A stretch of DNA of 43,292 nt from Dimargaris cristalligena (Eukaryota). Of the stretch, positions 26,370 through 39,429 are shown piece by piece; the stretch's first letter is position 1; every line of letters starts with the position of its first letter. Position numbers and translations under genes: made by a program. The DNA is taken from the NCBI GenBank assembly GCA_003614675.1, contig ML002312.1:1-43292 (forward strand), read 5' to 3'. The notes below the pieces were generated by a model. That model made no database searches. It saw only the letters and a list, made by a program, of their open reading frames with translations, and was not told the origin of the DNA.

Positions 26370-27550
26370 AGTGACCCATGGGATAATCGACAGCGTAGAA
26401 TAACACACGCCCCCTGGCCTTCAAGTTGCCGTTTTGGGCCCACCCAAAGTGGTATAATTGGCGGACTGTATTTCACACTGACCTCCCGATTTTCTACGAC
26501 TTACATCCCTGGGTCGAGCCAGAGACGCATTTGTAAGGGTATATTAAAGTGGTATTATGGGATTTATCCCGACCGACACAGACAACGTGGTGCAAGGCCC
26601 TCAAACAAGGGATTTCCCGCCACCTAGTCGGATACTTTCTGGTTTCGGAGCCAGCGCCCCTGCCCGGCTGGCCTCAAAATAGGCACATTTTTGTAATCCC
26701 CAGCGTGGTCGCCTTATTTACTTCCTTTTCCGGGCAACCTGCCGGCGCCCCCTAACACTTGTCGAGTGGCTCCGAATTTATTGATATCGCGGAATCCGCT
26801 TGTATCCAATTTCCGGTCAATGTTACATTATGCCCAATATGGTTAAAGGGTACGGGTTCTAACCGACGAACTACTTGACTAGTTATTTTCCTAATACCAA
26901 CTAAGGTTGGAAGATGTCAATTAGTTTACCACGGCAGTGTCAACAGGAAGTCGGAGAAGCTGTAATTCAACAGATCCGCCCATGAGTACCAACGCCTCCC
27001 CCTTTAATACACGAGCCATTAACCCGGTTTTTAAGTTTATGAAAGAATTGCGAACACTCAACCCCCAATCAGCAGATTCCTATAATTCTAGGGAGGCAGA
27101 GGGCCAGGCAAATCATTGATAAAGGTTTACTACAGGGGGCAGGCTAATTTTAGAAATGAATTAGTTCTGATTAGCAGGTAGTGGTGCACCTGTTCAAATG
27201 GGGGAGTGAGATGGTCGAGCCATGCAGCCTTTATCGATTACCTCCGCAAGTTAGGCTTGCTCAGCACCACTTTAATCTTCTTGTTTATACAGTGAGGGTT
27301 AGTTAGGGGCATCCATCTTACCAAGATTTGGTCGGATCGCCCCTGTAGAACGTCGACCACTCTGGTTTTAGAATAAAGGGCTTTGATCACCCATTATCTG
27401 GACTGGGTACTGGACTATAGTGGCATACTTTTAGAGGGGATTGCTCTAGGGGCAATGGTCGTCACCGATCACAATGGTGATGATCCTTCTAGAGAGCGAC
27501 CAGTTAAGTGTTTTACCCGTGCTTTTAATTTGTGGTATTATATCTTACGG
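26370..27550 (+). mobile_element. Highly degenerate Ty3/Gypsy pol (RT-RNase H) relic
   Basis: Frameshifted fragments in the expected order: GII / PWPS / WRTV (RT start), YYR..ANF, FKWGSE..AAFID..SAPL (thumb), DYSG...ALGAM...ERPVKCFTR (RNase H). Confidence 0.5.
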
Positions 27551-30500
27551 GGGGGGGGTAAGGTGCGGACTCAGTGTGGTTAGTCGATCCCCACCCAACT
27601 CCCGACTCGCCATTGGCCACCTACAATCCACATGCCAGGATTAAGCGTAAAAAACAGCTACACGACATTACTAGAGTGCTGACTATAGTCAACTTTAGAC
27701 CCACAATTTAGCCATTGTGGGTCAGGCCACCGATCCCGACTAAATTCCGTAGTGTGGGCGGTGAGGGGTGACCACATACGAATGGCTTCATGATCGGTCC
27801 CCCCGTCTACGAGGCAGAGTGTGTCGGAGTCTGGTTGTCTTGATTGGCCAGCCATTCAGTAAATGATCAATTAGGCACTCAGCCTTCAGATTTGCCACTG
27901 TGTCTCCTAGACTGGATTAGAAAACCCTACCCCTCCGTTGCTCCAACCCAATGCTCGTAGGTTACGAAAATATACTCCCAGTATAGCGTTCACTTGTCCA
28001 GTTGGTATCGCCATATGCCCAGTCTGTTTGGACTCTTGACGACATCGGTAATCGCCACGGGGCCTATCGTCGCTGGATCCGCATTCCAAGATTCATGATC
28101 CGTGGGGCCATGCAAATCCCCAATCCATGGCACCCTACATGAAGTATATAGGGAAATACCGGCTTGACATTCGCAGCTAACGTGAAGGATGCCCAATTGT
28201 CGTTGTGTTCAAAAGTATCGAATTAATATACGCCACCCTTTAAAGTATATCCTCATGTGGATGAGGAGGGAGCAGTGGAGCGGACCGTAATTCATTGTGA
28301 TACTCACCCGCGTGCTCAGGGACACTGTGCAGTAGCAAAAAGAGCACTGCAAATGTGAAGATTGGCATCTACAGTAACCGCGGTAGATAGCTGGTGTAAT
28401 GTAAGGGATTACCCGAGACGTCTGAATCGATTGCCTCCACAGTTAGTGTCTCCCTTTAGAAAGTGGCCGGACTTTATCGACAAATCAGATGCTTATTTTA
28501 TTCTAGACGGTTATAAGGTAAGCGACCTATACTAGTGCCGTAAAGAGGCGGATAGTGTAACCTCGTTAAGTAATGGCCCAGCGGGAAAATCGTTACCTAG
28601 TTCCTCTTAGTAGAGGAGCACTTCAGTTCAGCGGCAATTCTCCCGCTCTAGATCCACGCTCGCCACTACGGTGTATACACATTCCGGTAATACAACATAC
28701 CCCCTAATTCAGCAAATAGCGGTCCCCTCACCCGTGTGCTAGGTATACCGAGACGCTAGGGTATGGGTGCTCCTGCTAGTCTAGCCCCACACTTTGCGGC
28801 GATGGGAACTAGTGGTCGCACGGGGTGTGTGCTATCCCCGCTAAATATACAACAAAAGCGGAGTTGGTTCGTGCATGGCAGTGAAAGTGCACTGACCTAA
28901 ACCACAATTCCACTTTGTCGGGTGTAAATCTGACTTGGGTTGGGCAGCCCCGTGAATCCGACGTGGTCACTTGGCGTGCACGCAAAATACTTAGCGCTGG
29001 TCTAACCCCCCGCCTTTTCCTCTGGGTATTGTCCCACTGGGGGGTCGATCTTAAAACACGTAGTCACCGACCTGCACCCACAGGCGGGTAACAGCACTGG
29101 GTACACTGCCGTTCACTGTTCGCCCTGAAAATATCCTGGCCAAAAGGGAGAGGGAGGTCGTCCAGCTTTCTAGTGTTGGCTGGCCGTACAAACATAAGGG
29201 CGACTGATTGGTTCACAAGGGTTTCTTGGCTTATGTGTGCCAGCGGCAAGCTAAATAGGCAATATGGTGCTAAACCACGAATGACTACCAAATAGTCGCA
29301 CACTAGTAGGCAGCGTATAAACCCTAGCCGAAGGAGTGTGACGGGCCAACAATAAATACCCATTGACCCTACCGTGGCCAGTCCACAATTGATAAATTGG
29401 CAATGCCAGTGTGGCCCACTTTCCAAATAGTTTATTTGTCGCTGGACCTTCGCCAGGGGATGGAATCCTCAGTCCCATTTACTCAGGCCGTATAGTAAAA
29501 TACAACTTGCTTGAGTGTAAGGCGGAAGGGAAGGGTGATCAGTGTGCTTCTTGCCTACGTCAATCCATCGACTGCACATCCCCAACGATCTACCCATTCC
29601 ACCTCATGGAGCCCACCAAGGTAGGGAACACCCCCTGGGGCGGGGACTATAGTTGCAATCCCCGAGTAACTGGGCTATCAGACAACTCCGGCTGGTTTAA
29701 GCCAGATTAGTACTGCCTAGCTTAACATGGATGCCTAATTGGATATAGTACGAATGGCGGCTGATGGGGAAGTGAGAGAACCGCACCAAAGGTCAGCCCC
29801 GGGTTCAACCGCTTATACTATGAATGCCTTAGAAGTAATGCCGGTCTAGTCCAAAGGCCTTTTCCTTCCCGTGCGCTTTATTTCGATAGCCAGTGTCCTG
29901 GTTCTGACAATTGGCGGCACTTATCGCTTTATCCCATAACCCCTTAGCCAAGCACCTTCAACTTGCACTTGGCGATCTCATGAAGCTAGGAGCCGACCGA
30001 ACAGCGACTATCGCGACAAAAAAAAGTGAATATCGTTGGCCCATCTTCCGACCGTAAGCTGGCCTAATTTATGAACGGAGCTTCCCTTCGCAACCATTAT
30101 GGATTGGCATATCTTCCACTAACTAGGCCTTCGCCAAAACCCGGCCCTTGATGGATCGAAACCTTCCAATATCCCTGGCTAGATTAGCCTCGGCCCAAAA
30201 ATAATTTCCTTCTCGGAAACCTAAAGGGCGGACAACTGTGCACTGACCCTACGACTTGAGGTCTCAAAGAAAAAAGTCCCTTGGACGATCCCCGCTGCTT
30301 GTCGGGGTACATTGGCTTCACAGCTATTGTTCAGACCAGACCAAGGAAATGTTACCCAGAGCGGAAGGGCAGGAAGAAATAGAGAAAGTAGGAGCTTTTG
30401 GGACGAATGGTAGGTTATCAAGAATTGGCAGAAACATTGGGTGCCACCGACCCCTTTCAAAAAATAACTCCCCCCAGGCCGTGCTTAAGACCCGCTATTC

Positions 30501-31427
30501 AGCCTATTACACTAGCAAAAATAGAACAAGGTAGAAATGTGGGAACAATCCATTGGTCTTCGGTCGTGTAACGTGGAACGGGTAGATGAGGCGCGGCATC
30601 CCGCATACGGAGCCACCGGTGATATCTAAAGGGAAGCGAAAGAAATACGAAATATTACTCGGGGCGGTGGCGGTGACCAACAACTACGCAATAAAGCCGG
30701 GCTGCCCGACCAACTGCCCGAATGTCCAAGGGCACCGAATTCCGTAAGGCCATTTAGCTAAGCGGGGCAGATGTCCAATCTAATGCGGGGCGCGTATTTC
30801 GGCACTGTTCCCTCTGAAACCACCATCAACTCGTCGTGGGGCCCAGGTCCCAAATGCGGGGCGGCTGAAATCTCCAAGAGCACAATCGACTGGCAACAGG
30901 GGACTGATGCAAAGCAGTCGGGTAGGAGGTATACAGCCTACCCCAGCAGCAGGTCCGACCCCGGCGTCGGCAGCGCAGGGTAAATCTCTGGATAACAGGA
31001 ACGCGCACTGGAGATGGCCGGCAGTAGAGCCTACACATCCCATTTATTCGAGAGAGGCCTATCATCTAATATTGAAATAGAGTGTACTCCGCTTGGTGCT
31101 TGGGGGAGGGCAGTGATGTGTGAACCTATTCCATTTTTAGACAGGCCAGATGGATCCAATTCTTCCTATTGTAGCACAGCCGCTCTTTGCTGGAACTATT
31201 CAAGGCGTGGGGCTTTCTCCCAAGGCATGTCCCGCCTATTCCTTTCACTCACCCCCCTTTCCCCTCACCTCACCGCCCTCCCCACTTTCTTCCTCTTTAT
31301 GCCTCTCGTGCCCGCCGAACCAAGGCGGTCAGATTTCTCCCCGCCCTCCCCGTGGGATGTGCTTAACCACTCGTCCGCGCGCGACAGGTCCTGCGGCGCC
31401 ATAAGTGATCGCCACATCGGCCCCCAT

Positions 31428-31439
31428 TATATATAAATA
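31428..31439 (+). promoter_or_regulatory. TATA box of the HSF-like gene
   Basis: TATATATAAATA followed by an ATG-free, C/T-rich leader of about 400 nt. Confidence 0.55.
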
Positions 31440-31848
31440 GGGCGGACCCCCCCCACCTGGATTCAGTTATTCATACTCCACATCCAACTAAACAAGCATT
31501 GGCTTCAGCATTACCACCCGCCCATTAACGTTCATCACTTTCTCTCTCATCTTACTGCCAATATTCCTTATCAATACTCCGTTCGCTTATTTAATTGACC
31601 TTTCTTCCTTGTTCATTAACCACCTACTCTACCTTTGATCCAAACCCTACCCAATCTTACCTGCCGTGAACTCGACTCTACGTGTGAAAAACACCCCTAC
31701 CTATTTGACCTTTTTACTGTCCTCTTGTGGCTTCCAGCCTAGCTTTTGAAGAATTTGCCGATATTATAATTGCACTATTAGCTGTGTTTCACCCCACCAG
31801 GACCTTTTCCTGCCAATTTCCTTACTCATCCACTGACCTAACCCGAAG

Positions 31849-33689
31849 ATGATCAAGACCGCCCCCTTTGTAATCCAACTCCAAAAGTAAGCTACCATCT
31901 GATAGCAACTTCCCTAAAGCATTCTATATATCAACCATTACCGTTATTGATTGTCGTGCCTTCCGATTAGGAAGCAGGGGCTTCACAACTGGACCGTGTC
32001 ACTTCCTTCCTAGTCCGCGCTAGCTGGCATCTACTAACCTCCCCAAATTCGAATCCTGCAATGGCTCGCATACCTGTTCTATAATGTACTTACCTAGGAT
32101 GTACGACAACGCCGATAAGTATGAGGAAATCGGTTGGAATGAGGAGGGGACCTCCATTTGGTTCGAGCATACTACACACTTTCAGGAGATTCTGCTTAAC
32201 CACTTCAAGCATGACCAAATCAAGTCATTCACCCGGCAACTTCACGTAAGTACTCGCCAACCCAGTGTATTTGAATGATCGACCGCATCCTGCCAGCACC
32301 ATCTCCCTCGACAGGACTCTCCCGGCCCCCCTGTCTTTTCATCCTTGACCCAATCACCCCCTCCAGCATGATTGCTAACTACTGGTACAATGTCCTCTGA
32401 ATTGGTTTTTATTCGCCACTTTGACTGCAACTATATCTAGATCTACGGATTTAAGCGCTTGACGGACGCCCGTAAAACCCGCAAGAACATAGGCAACCCG
32501 ATATCCCAGTTCGAACACCCTTCATTCCAACAAGATCGCCCCGACTTGATTCCCCATATTGTGCGCAAGGCCGTCAAGTCCGAGGAAGGAACTCAGCCCA
32601 GACCCAAACGCAACCTGTCCGTTGACCCTATCATGCGGCCTAGCAAACGGAGCCGCCACCAGATGAGGCATTCCATTAACCTCCCCTACTCAACCCCAAT
32701 GCAATCCAGCTGTCTATCTCACGTCCCTCGCGCAGCTAGTGGATCTTACATCCACCAGAGCAGCCCTGCGCCCCAGTCACATTTGTATTCAATGGATAGC
32801 CCCTTGAACAACCAGTACTCCACCCCCGAAAGTAGCGACCTGGTAAATTATGGCACAACCTACACTATGGTCCAGCCCACCATGCCTAATACAATGGGTA
32901 AGTATACCTCATCAATTTCTCGTGGGCAATTATTAATACCAGAGCGACTCTATAGCTTGTGCAACCTCTCCGTCGCACACTCTGCTTTTACGAATCCTTG
33001 CCCCTCTCGAAGCTAACTCTCGGTATATTCTGCAACTCTAACGGCGCATTTCCCCATTCATTTTGATAGGGTCTGTATTCCACCCCATTTATTATCCACC
33101 GTATTCCGTCACCGACTTTACGAACTATGGTACCTATCCTGCTTCCTATCCAGTACCATCGGGTCCAACTCCACCCATGGTCCCTGACGAGAAGTATATT
33201 TACATATCCCAAGAGGCTCTACCGCCGGCGTACAATCACTCCTATCCGCCTCTACCCCATCCACACTCCGAGCTGGACCTAGACTTCCCGGGGGAGCCCT
33301 ACCCACTCTCCGGGTATCCGCTGGCTCAGTCAAGTCCTCCCAGGATCAGCGGCCTAGGAATGTATTCAGAGGGCTGCACTTACCCGGAGTTTAATTCAGT
33401 TGGTACCGAACTACCGTGCTTCTCGACCTCTCCTGAATTCAATTTCCCCCCGAATACGGACCAACACGATAGCTTGTCCTTCATGACCCCTGTTCAGACT
33501 TCGCCCCCCTCGCGTCAGTCATCGGGGTCCACGCCGACTTTCGCCAAAAGCGATACACCATCACCCAACCACGGCGCCTTTCCTGGGGCTGACGAATCAT
33601 CTGGTTTGTTCCCGGCTTCTGACCCAGGGACCTCCCCAATTACAACTCCAATGAACAGCTTGCATCCCCTGGCACAAGCATCTACTTAA
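31849..33689 (+). CDS. HSF-type DNA-binding domain transcription factor (divergent)
   Basis: Exons 31849-31886, 32098-32245, 32441-32897, 33070-33689. Spliced N-terminus MIKTAPFVIQLQKMYD...IGWNEEGTSIWF...FQEILLNHFKHDQIKSFTRQLHIYGFKR...FEHPSFQQDRPDLIPHIVRK matches the HSF DBD; the rest is a Ser/Pro/Tyr-rich low-complexity region. Confidence 0.9.
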
Positions 33690-35967
33690 AGTCTTCGGGC
33701 CTGCCCTAACTGGGCTATAGATGATATATTTTTAATTGGCACACTACTCGCTGCCCATCCTACCATTGAGCTACACTGGGTTGGCGATAGGGCCGTGTTC
33801 TCGGCTTTAGCCCAGCTTAGAGTACATGACCTTGGCACTGTGCAGGTCTCAAACCCACTTGTCGAACTAGGCGCGGCAGTGGCTGCAGCTGTAGCCGACC
33901 ACTTTTTTCGGCTAGCTGCCTCTAACCACCACCTACTGTGCATACTGTTTTGTTTTTTTTGGCCTCAGAGTATTAATAATCATAGTTTCTGCATAGACAA
34001 TTGGCCGGCCATACCGCACCTATATTATCCACTATTTACATATTTTTATATCCGTTTATTTATTTATAGGCCTAATGTGTTCCGGTGTGATTGTGTCCGG
34101 TTTCCAAAGGGAGTCTGGCACCCGTATACACGCATTCTTCTTCTTTTTCTTACACCCTTTCACATGCGTAGTCCAGTACGGACAACCCCATATTTCTTAT
34201 TCTACGGCATTTTTTGTTGTTTTTCCACGTCTATTTGAATCCCCGAGCTAGTCGCGGGCCTTCCCTCCCAAAATGTATTATACCAATATATTAACAACAA
34301 TTACAGTATTAGTCTATATTCAGCAACGCCAGTTGATTGCAAGCGGGGCGTGGGGGTAGGCCACGGGCACTTGTTGACTCTAGAAAATGGTTGATTGAGA
34401 AGTTCGACGGTGTAATCGTGGCTGGCTAAACAATGGTAATCACAATATTTGGCACCCGCCCCCACTCAACCCAACAGAGGTTTCCCCGCTCAGTCCCTCC
34501 CCCCCAAAGGAATCCGGACAGGGATCCAGCCAACTTGGGAAAACCCAGAGGTGGCTCACTCGGGTCGGGACCATGGCCGATCAGCAGTGTATTCCAGCTA
34601 CCGGAATTGTTGGCCCTCAGTATATTCCCTTATCAGGCTAAATCGCCAGCCCTCTCCTCTCGCTCCCCGTGTCTGTTTGATTTCAGCGAACCACCGTTGG
34701 TCCATGTAGACCAAGTCGATGAACGATCATTTGGACACCACCGGCAGCGGAATCCTGGCCACAGTCTATTTGGTTACACGTTGTCACCATCCTACCACTT
34801 GTTGGAGTCGGGCCTGGCCGTAATATACACGATAACCACATTAATCGGCCTACTCAGAATAGACTGCTCATTGCCTTGTGAAAGGGACTCCATCCGCAGC
34901 CGGCCCCGAAAATGGCCCGTACGCCTCTGAAATGTAGGCTTAGCTTGGCCCACCATTGTTGAGCAATTACCAGTTTGTGGATATATCCGGTCAACAGTGG
35001 CGGCCCCCACTTTGTGATACACTCATCCACCATATCAACTACTATATTTAGCGGAGTTGCCCCCCTACAGTGCCCAGCCCATCTCCGCCACCCATTCGAA
35101 GGGCCCGTTCAGTGAACTTGGTATATTCGGCTACTGGGGTTAATAGGCTGGACTGTATGTACGTGGGTAAATAAACGGGCCCTTCATCCCCACACACCCT
35201 AAGTAGGATCTAGACGCCAGTGGAGCCTCCCAGCGCTGTACAGAAACGGTATGTTGCCAACCGCCAAAACAATAGTGTCGCCCCCCACTCAATCCCTGGT
35301 CTGGGTAGCTGGGATAACCCTGCATTAGACATACCAATCCATCCAAGGATGTCGTTGGTATTAGATGGATGAAATTCGCCCCAGCTGTATAAGGTTTTCA
35401 ATGATAAGTGTATGGTATATTTATTTTTTAACCAGTAATATTTGCCTTATCCAACGGATTTTTCGTTATACAGCTCGGTTGAACCTCTCCCAGATATACC
35501 TGCACCATGAGCCTGGAGCCCCTCTTCCTAATCCCAGTCTTTTGCATCGACTAGTTTGATATTATGTATACTAGGGGTTATATGATTACAGTCATATCCC
35601 GGGGTCTTGCACAGCGGCAGGCGCGGTTGGCGATGATACTTGGGCGCTCGGTGGTGGGAGACCACTACTATTGGTTCTACTAAATAATATTTCATTTACT
35701 ATATTTAATCATTCCACACAAACACTTGTCCTCAAAATATCAACCACCGGCCATCGGAGACCGCGGCCAAAAAGCAATATAAGAGTTCAATAATATAAAT
35801 GAGTAGGGCAAAATAAATATGCAGTCAACTATCGGGCTAAGCAGGCTCGTAATAAGGGATGGGTGCAGTACGCAAGACTAGGGGGTTCCGAAGCAAATCC
35901 AAACAAAACCATAAATGTTTATAAAAATAAAATGAAAAGAAACGAGGAATAGACGGGTAAAAACCTA

Positions 35968-36543
35968 TTAATCATTATAGCGAGGCTTCTTGGGCGACCG
36001 GCGGGAAGGCGACGCGTCCCGGTGGCCATACCTGTCCCCATTCCAGCCGGACCGGGCACGGTCGTGATCACGCGGCCGGCCCCCACGACCCCGGTTATTG
36101 GCAGCCCCTGACCGAATCGACCGATGGGGTTGGGCAGGGACAATGGACACATCAATAAAATCCCCAATCACCAGACGGCAATCGGCGAGAGTACGGTTAT
36201 CCCCCGGCCCAGTGCGGTCATTGTGAACCGAACTTAGAGTAGTCACGGAGTAGCGGCCTCGCAGGGCATCCGGGTAAATCAGGTTGAATTGCATGGAAAC
36301 ACCGGGCTCACGAGCCTCCGGAAGGACCTCCTTAATCAGCTGCGCTAGTTCATGGAGCGTGGCATCGCGCCAGGTATACACCTGAAGCTCGTTCTCTGGA
36401 AGCCTATCAATTTGGTTGTATTCTGACAGGGGGTTATGAATTTCAAAATTGAAGAAAATGCGCAGGAGGAATGGGACAGACTTTTGACGATCAACCGCTA
36501 GCCGATTGGGCGAGTCGTTGCGCTGCGAGAGAAGGACTGACAT
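35968..36543 (-). CDS. SAP18: Sin3-associated protein SAP18 (ASAP/PSAP complex subunit) with an Arg/Asp/Ser-rich tail
   Basis: VDRQKSVPFLLRIF, ELQVYTWRDATLHELAQLIKEV.PEAR, DNRTLADCRLVIGDFIDVSI; intronless CDS. Confidence 0.93.
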   Translation of the reverse strand: MSVLLSQRNDSPNRLAVDRQKSVPFLLRIFFNFEIHNPLSEYNQIDRLPENELQVYTWRDATLHELAQLIKEVLPEAREPGVSMQFNLIYPDALRGRYSVTTLSSVHNDRTGPGDNRTLADCRLVIGDFIDVSIVPAQPHRSIRSGAANNRGRGGRPRDHDRARSGWNGDRYGHRDASPSRRSPKKPRYND

Positions 36544-37208
36544 GGCAATGGGAATGGAGTGAAATGGGCGGGTACTGGTAGAAGTGGGTCTAGAGATCAG
36601 GTAATAGCACTAGAGAGGGGGAACGGTAAGACAGGCTAGACAACAGTCGCGTTATGGAACCAAGGGCTCGCGAAAGGAATAGACGGGAATGAACTATATA
36701 ACTCTACAGGTTTTTGGAAAAAGAGTGGGTATAGGGCAGTCGACATTTAAGGTGTAGATTCCAGGTATGGAGTAATGCGAGTCCAGAAGTTGTAGGCTGT
36801 TCCTATATGAAGAAAAAATAATAAACAATAGCTGGACGTAGTTTTGGCCATCAGGCCTAAAAATAGACCCATGATGGGATCGCCTGGGCCAATTAAGAGA
36901 AAATAGCTGAGACACGGTATCCACAGGTCTGAGACATAAAGTGGGCTCAGGCTGGCCAAGGGCCTGAAAGCAGCTACGGTTGGCCATTCGAATACCACTC
37001 ATTGCGACATTCGAGCACTGTTCTATAACCTATACGACCCAGACAGGGACCATCCGTATAAGAATTAGGCAGCAGGAGATGGCATATTTGCAGAGGGAAC
37101 TAGCGAGCGCAGTGGATGGAGGTGGCTCGGATGAAAAGGATAAAGGGTATAATAATAAATCACGTATAGTTTATTAATTATTGAGTTGCACAGTAAGTTT
37201 GGGGGAAT

Positions 37209-37870
37209 TTAAGAGGAGTCGGTGAGTCGGGGGGATTGGCTCTTCGTCTTCTCTCGCTCCTCGCGCCACGCTCGGGTAATGTCGTCTATTGACTCGCCGC
37301 TTTCCTCATCCGGCGTAGACTTTCGTCGGTTCACAAAGGGGATATCGCGCAATTCCCCGGGGATTTGGCTAGTATCACGGTGTACGGCTATGGATTAATG
37401 AATGCAAGTGAGTCGGCCATCAGTTGGGGTTAAGTTTGATGTAGATGGGATTAGCCTGGGGGTTAGATTCAAATGTAATGTTTAGAGTAAACAAAACTCT
37501 GGATACAACAATAGGCAAACTTATTTTGCAATCACAAACATTCCAATGGCCAAGGGAGCACGCCTGCTGTGGCCCAAAATACCAAAAAAAAACGGGAATT
37601 ACTTACTTCGCTTATAGAGGTCGTAAGATGTGCCAACGAATAGGGGCGTTCCGACTATTATAAGCAGCCAGCTTGAATGGAAAACGTAAAACAGGGGGGT
37701 AAAATAGTAGGCGTGCCCCGGCATACATTGATTGATATCGCTTTAGTAAACTGAACACAAGGCGGTACATAACGAGGGGGTGCCTGGAATAGTGGCCAAA
37801 TTAGGCCGCCTCTCGATACTTACTTGCGTTGGCGAGAGGATAGGCTGGAGAAGGTGACCCGAGGTGCCAT
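37209..37870 (-). CDS. 96-aa single-pass membrane protein of unknown function (3 exons; absent from the ORF track)
   Basis: Exons 37870-37824, 37671-37607, 37387-37209 with two GTAAGT donors splice in frame (291 nt) to MAPRVTFSSLSSRQRNWLLIIVGTPLFVGTSYDLYKRTVHRDTSQIPGELRDIPFVNRRKSTPDEESGESIDDITRAWREEREKTKSQSPRLTDSS. AATAAA lies just downstream. Confidence 0.8.
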
Positions 37871-38430
37871 TGTATCGAGTCGAGGAACAGTCTAAATCAC
37901 TTAGGAAGAGGTACTGGTAGGTAGTGAGTGAGTGAAGGCAATGCGGAGATAGGTTGCCACTAGAATGAAATAATAAAGGATGAAATCGCCGGGGTAATGG
38001 GGAGAAAAAAGACGGCTACACTCCAGGACCTGCCGACGATTAAGGGCAACCAGTGCAGGATAGAAGCAACAGGGCGGTGAAAACTGTGGACCAATCAACC
38101 CAAATGCTATTGGTAATGCTAAAGTCAAGGTGCATTTCTAATCGACCAACAACCAGCCTGGGCCATTTTCTGCCTGAGGAGGGGGCTGTGAAAGGGGACG
38201 CTCAACTAGCTGACGAGTATGGAAAAAATCACCCTTCGAAGGGCATTAGTACCAGACAACCTCCTTCGGTCCTTCTCAATACCCGACATTTTGTCTCTAC
38301 TCATTTAGTTCGTTTAGCTTATTCCGCCTGTACCATTGCTAAGCCTTCCTATGCCCTCCTCCTCCGCATTAGGCCAACTCAACTCTTTGCGAATAACCTA
38401 TACTACGCCTTTCGGCCTGCACATTTCACC

Positions 38431-39429
38431 ATGAATCCCAACCAGCCACCCGCCGGCGACTACTCCCAGTACTATGCCTACGACCCAAATGCGTATTACT
38501 ATGGCGCCTACCAAGCCTCATCCACCGACCCCGCGGCCTACTACCCTCCGGCGGGCCCTGCCTTGCCCGCGCATGGCCCAGCAACCCCGGCCCCTCCGCT
38601 AATAGGGCCCATGGTTCCCCAAGCTGTCGGTCAGGCCAGTGTAGGTTATCACCCCTATAGTTATCCGTTCACCTCAACTACCACCGGCGCCGATGCGGGT
38701 GACGGGAAGGGAAAGAAGCCCAAGAAGCGGAAATTGTTGCGGGCAGCCGGGGGTGAGGTTTGGGAGGACAATACCCTCGAGGAATGGGACGAAAATGACT
38801 TTCGGCTATTCGCCGGGGACCTGGGCAACGATATGACCGATCAAATATTGGCTAGTGCATTTTCTAAATACCCATCGTTTAGCAAAGCCAAAGTTGTACA
38901 GGATAAACGGACCGGAAAGAACAAGGGCTATGGGTTCATTAGCTTCAAAGATCCCGCCGACTATTCGAAGGCCTGGCGCGAGATGAATGGTAAGTTAGCT
39001 GCCGATATGGTTCGTTTAACCTAAACCATCGTCGTGAACGTTTCAGCAATACACATTTTACTATTTCTTCAATCCCAGACCCGAATATTAAATCTCCATA
39101 TAAACGGCCGAGTGGAGTTGCTGAGTCCCTTGGTCAGTAGTACCATCGAAGGGCATGTATACTACTACCTAGTTCTGTACGGGTTTTTGGTATTGTAACA
39201 TAACACACATCTAACCCAATTTGCATCCCTAACACTCCTTGGTACTGTATGTATTCTATTTATTTTCCGGTCGACTGGGGGGGGGGTTGGTGCGCGTCCC
39301 AATTATAAAGGCAAGTACATCGGCAATCGGCCCATCAAGCTTCGGAAAAGCAATTGGAAGGACCGCAGCGTTGACGTAAAGCGCGTCAAAAACGGGGATG
39401 TCCTTCGCGCGCCAGTTCGCCGTAAATAA
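38431..39429 (+). CDS. RBM42: RBM42-like RRM RNA-binding protein (U4/U6.U5 tri-snRNP associated)
   Basis: Exons 38431-38989, 39311-39429. Motifs: RAAGGEVWEDNTLEEWDENDFRLFAGDLGND, FSKYPSFSKAKVVQDKRTGKNKGYGFISF, AWREMNGKYIGNRPIKLRKSNWKDR. Confidence 0.93.

Noticed and set aside
25935-26627. 230-aa ORF
   Set aside because: Non-ATG start and non-protein-like composition; its 3' part is better explained as frameshifted retroelement debris
38053-38430. N-terminal extension of the RBM42 ORF from a GTG start
   Set aside because: Promoter/UTR-like sequence; the ACCATG at 38431 is the credible start
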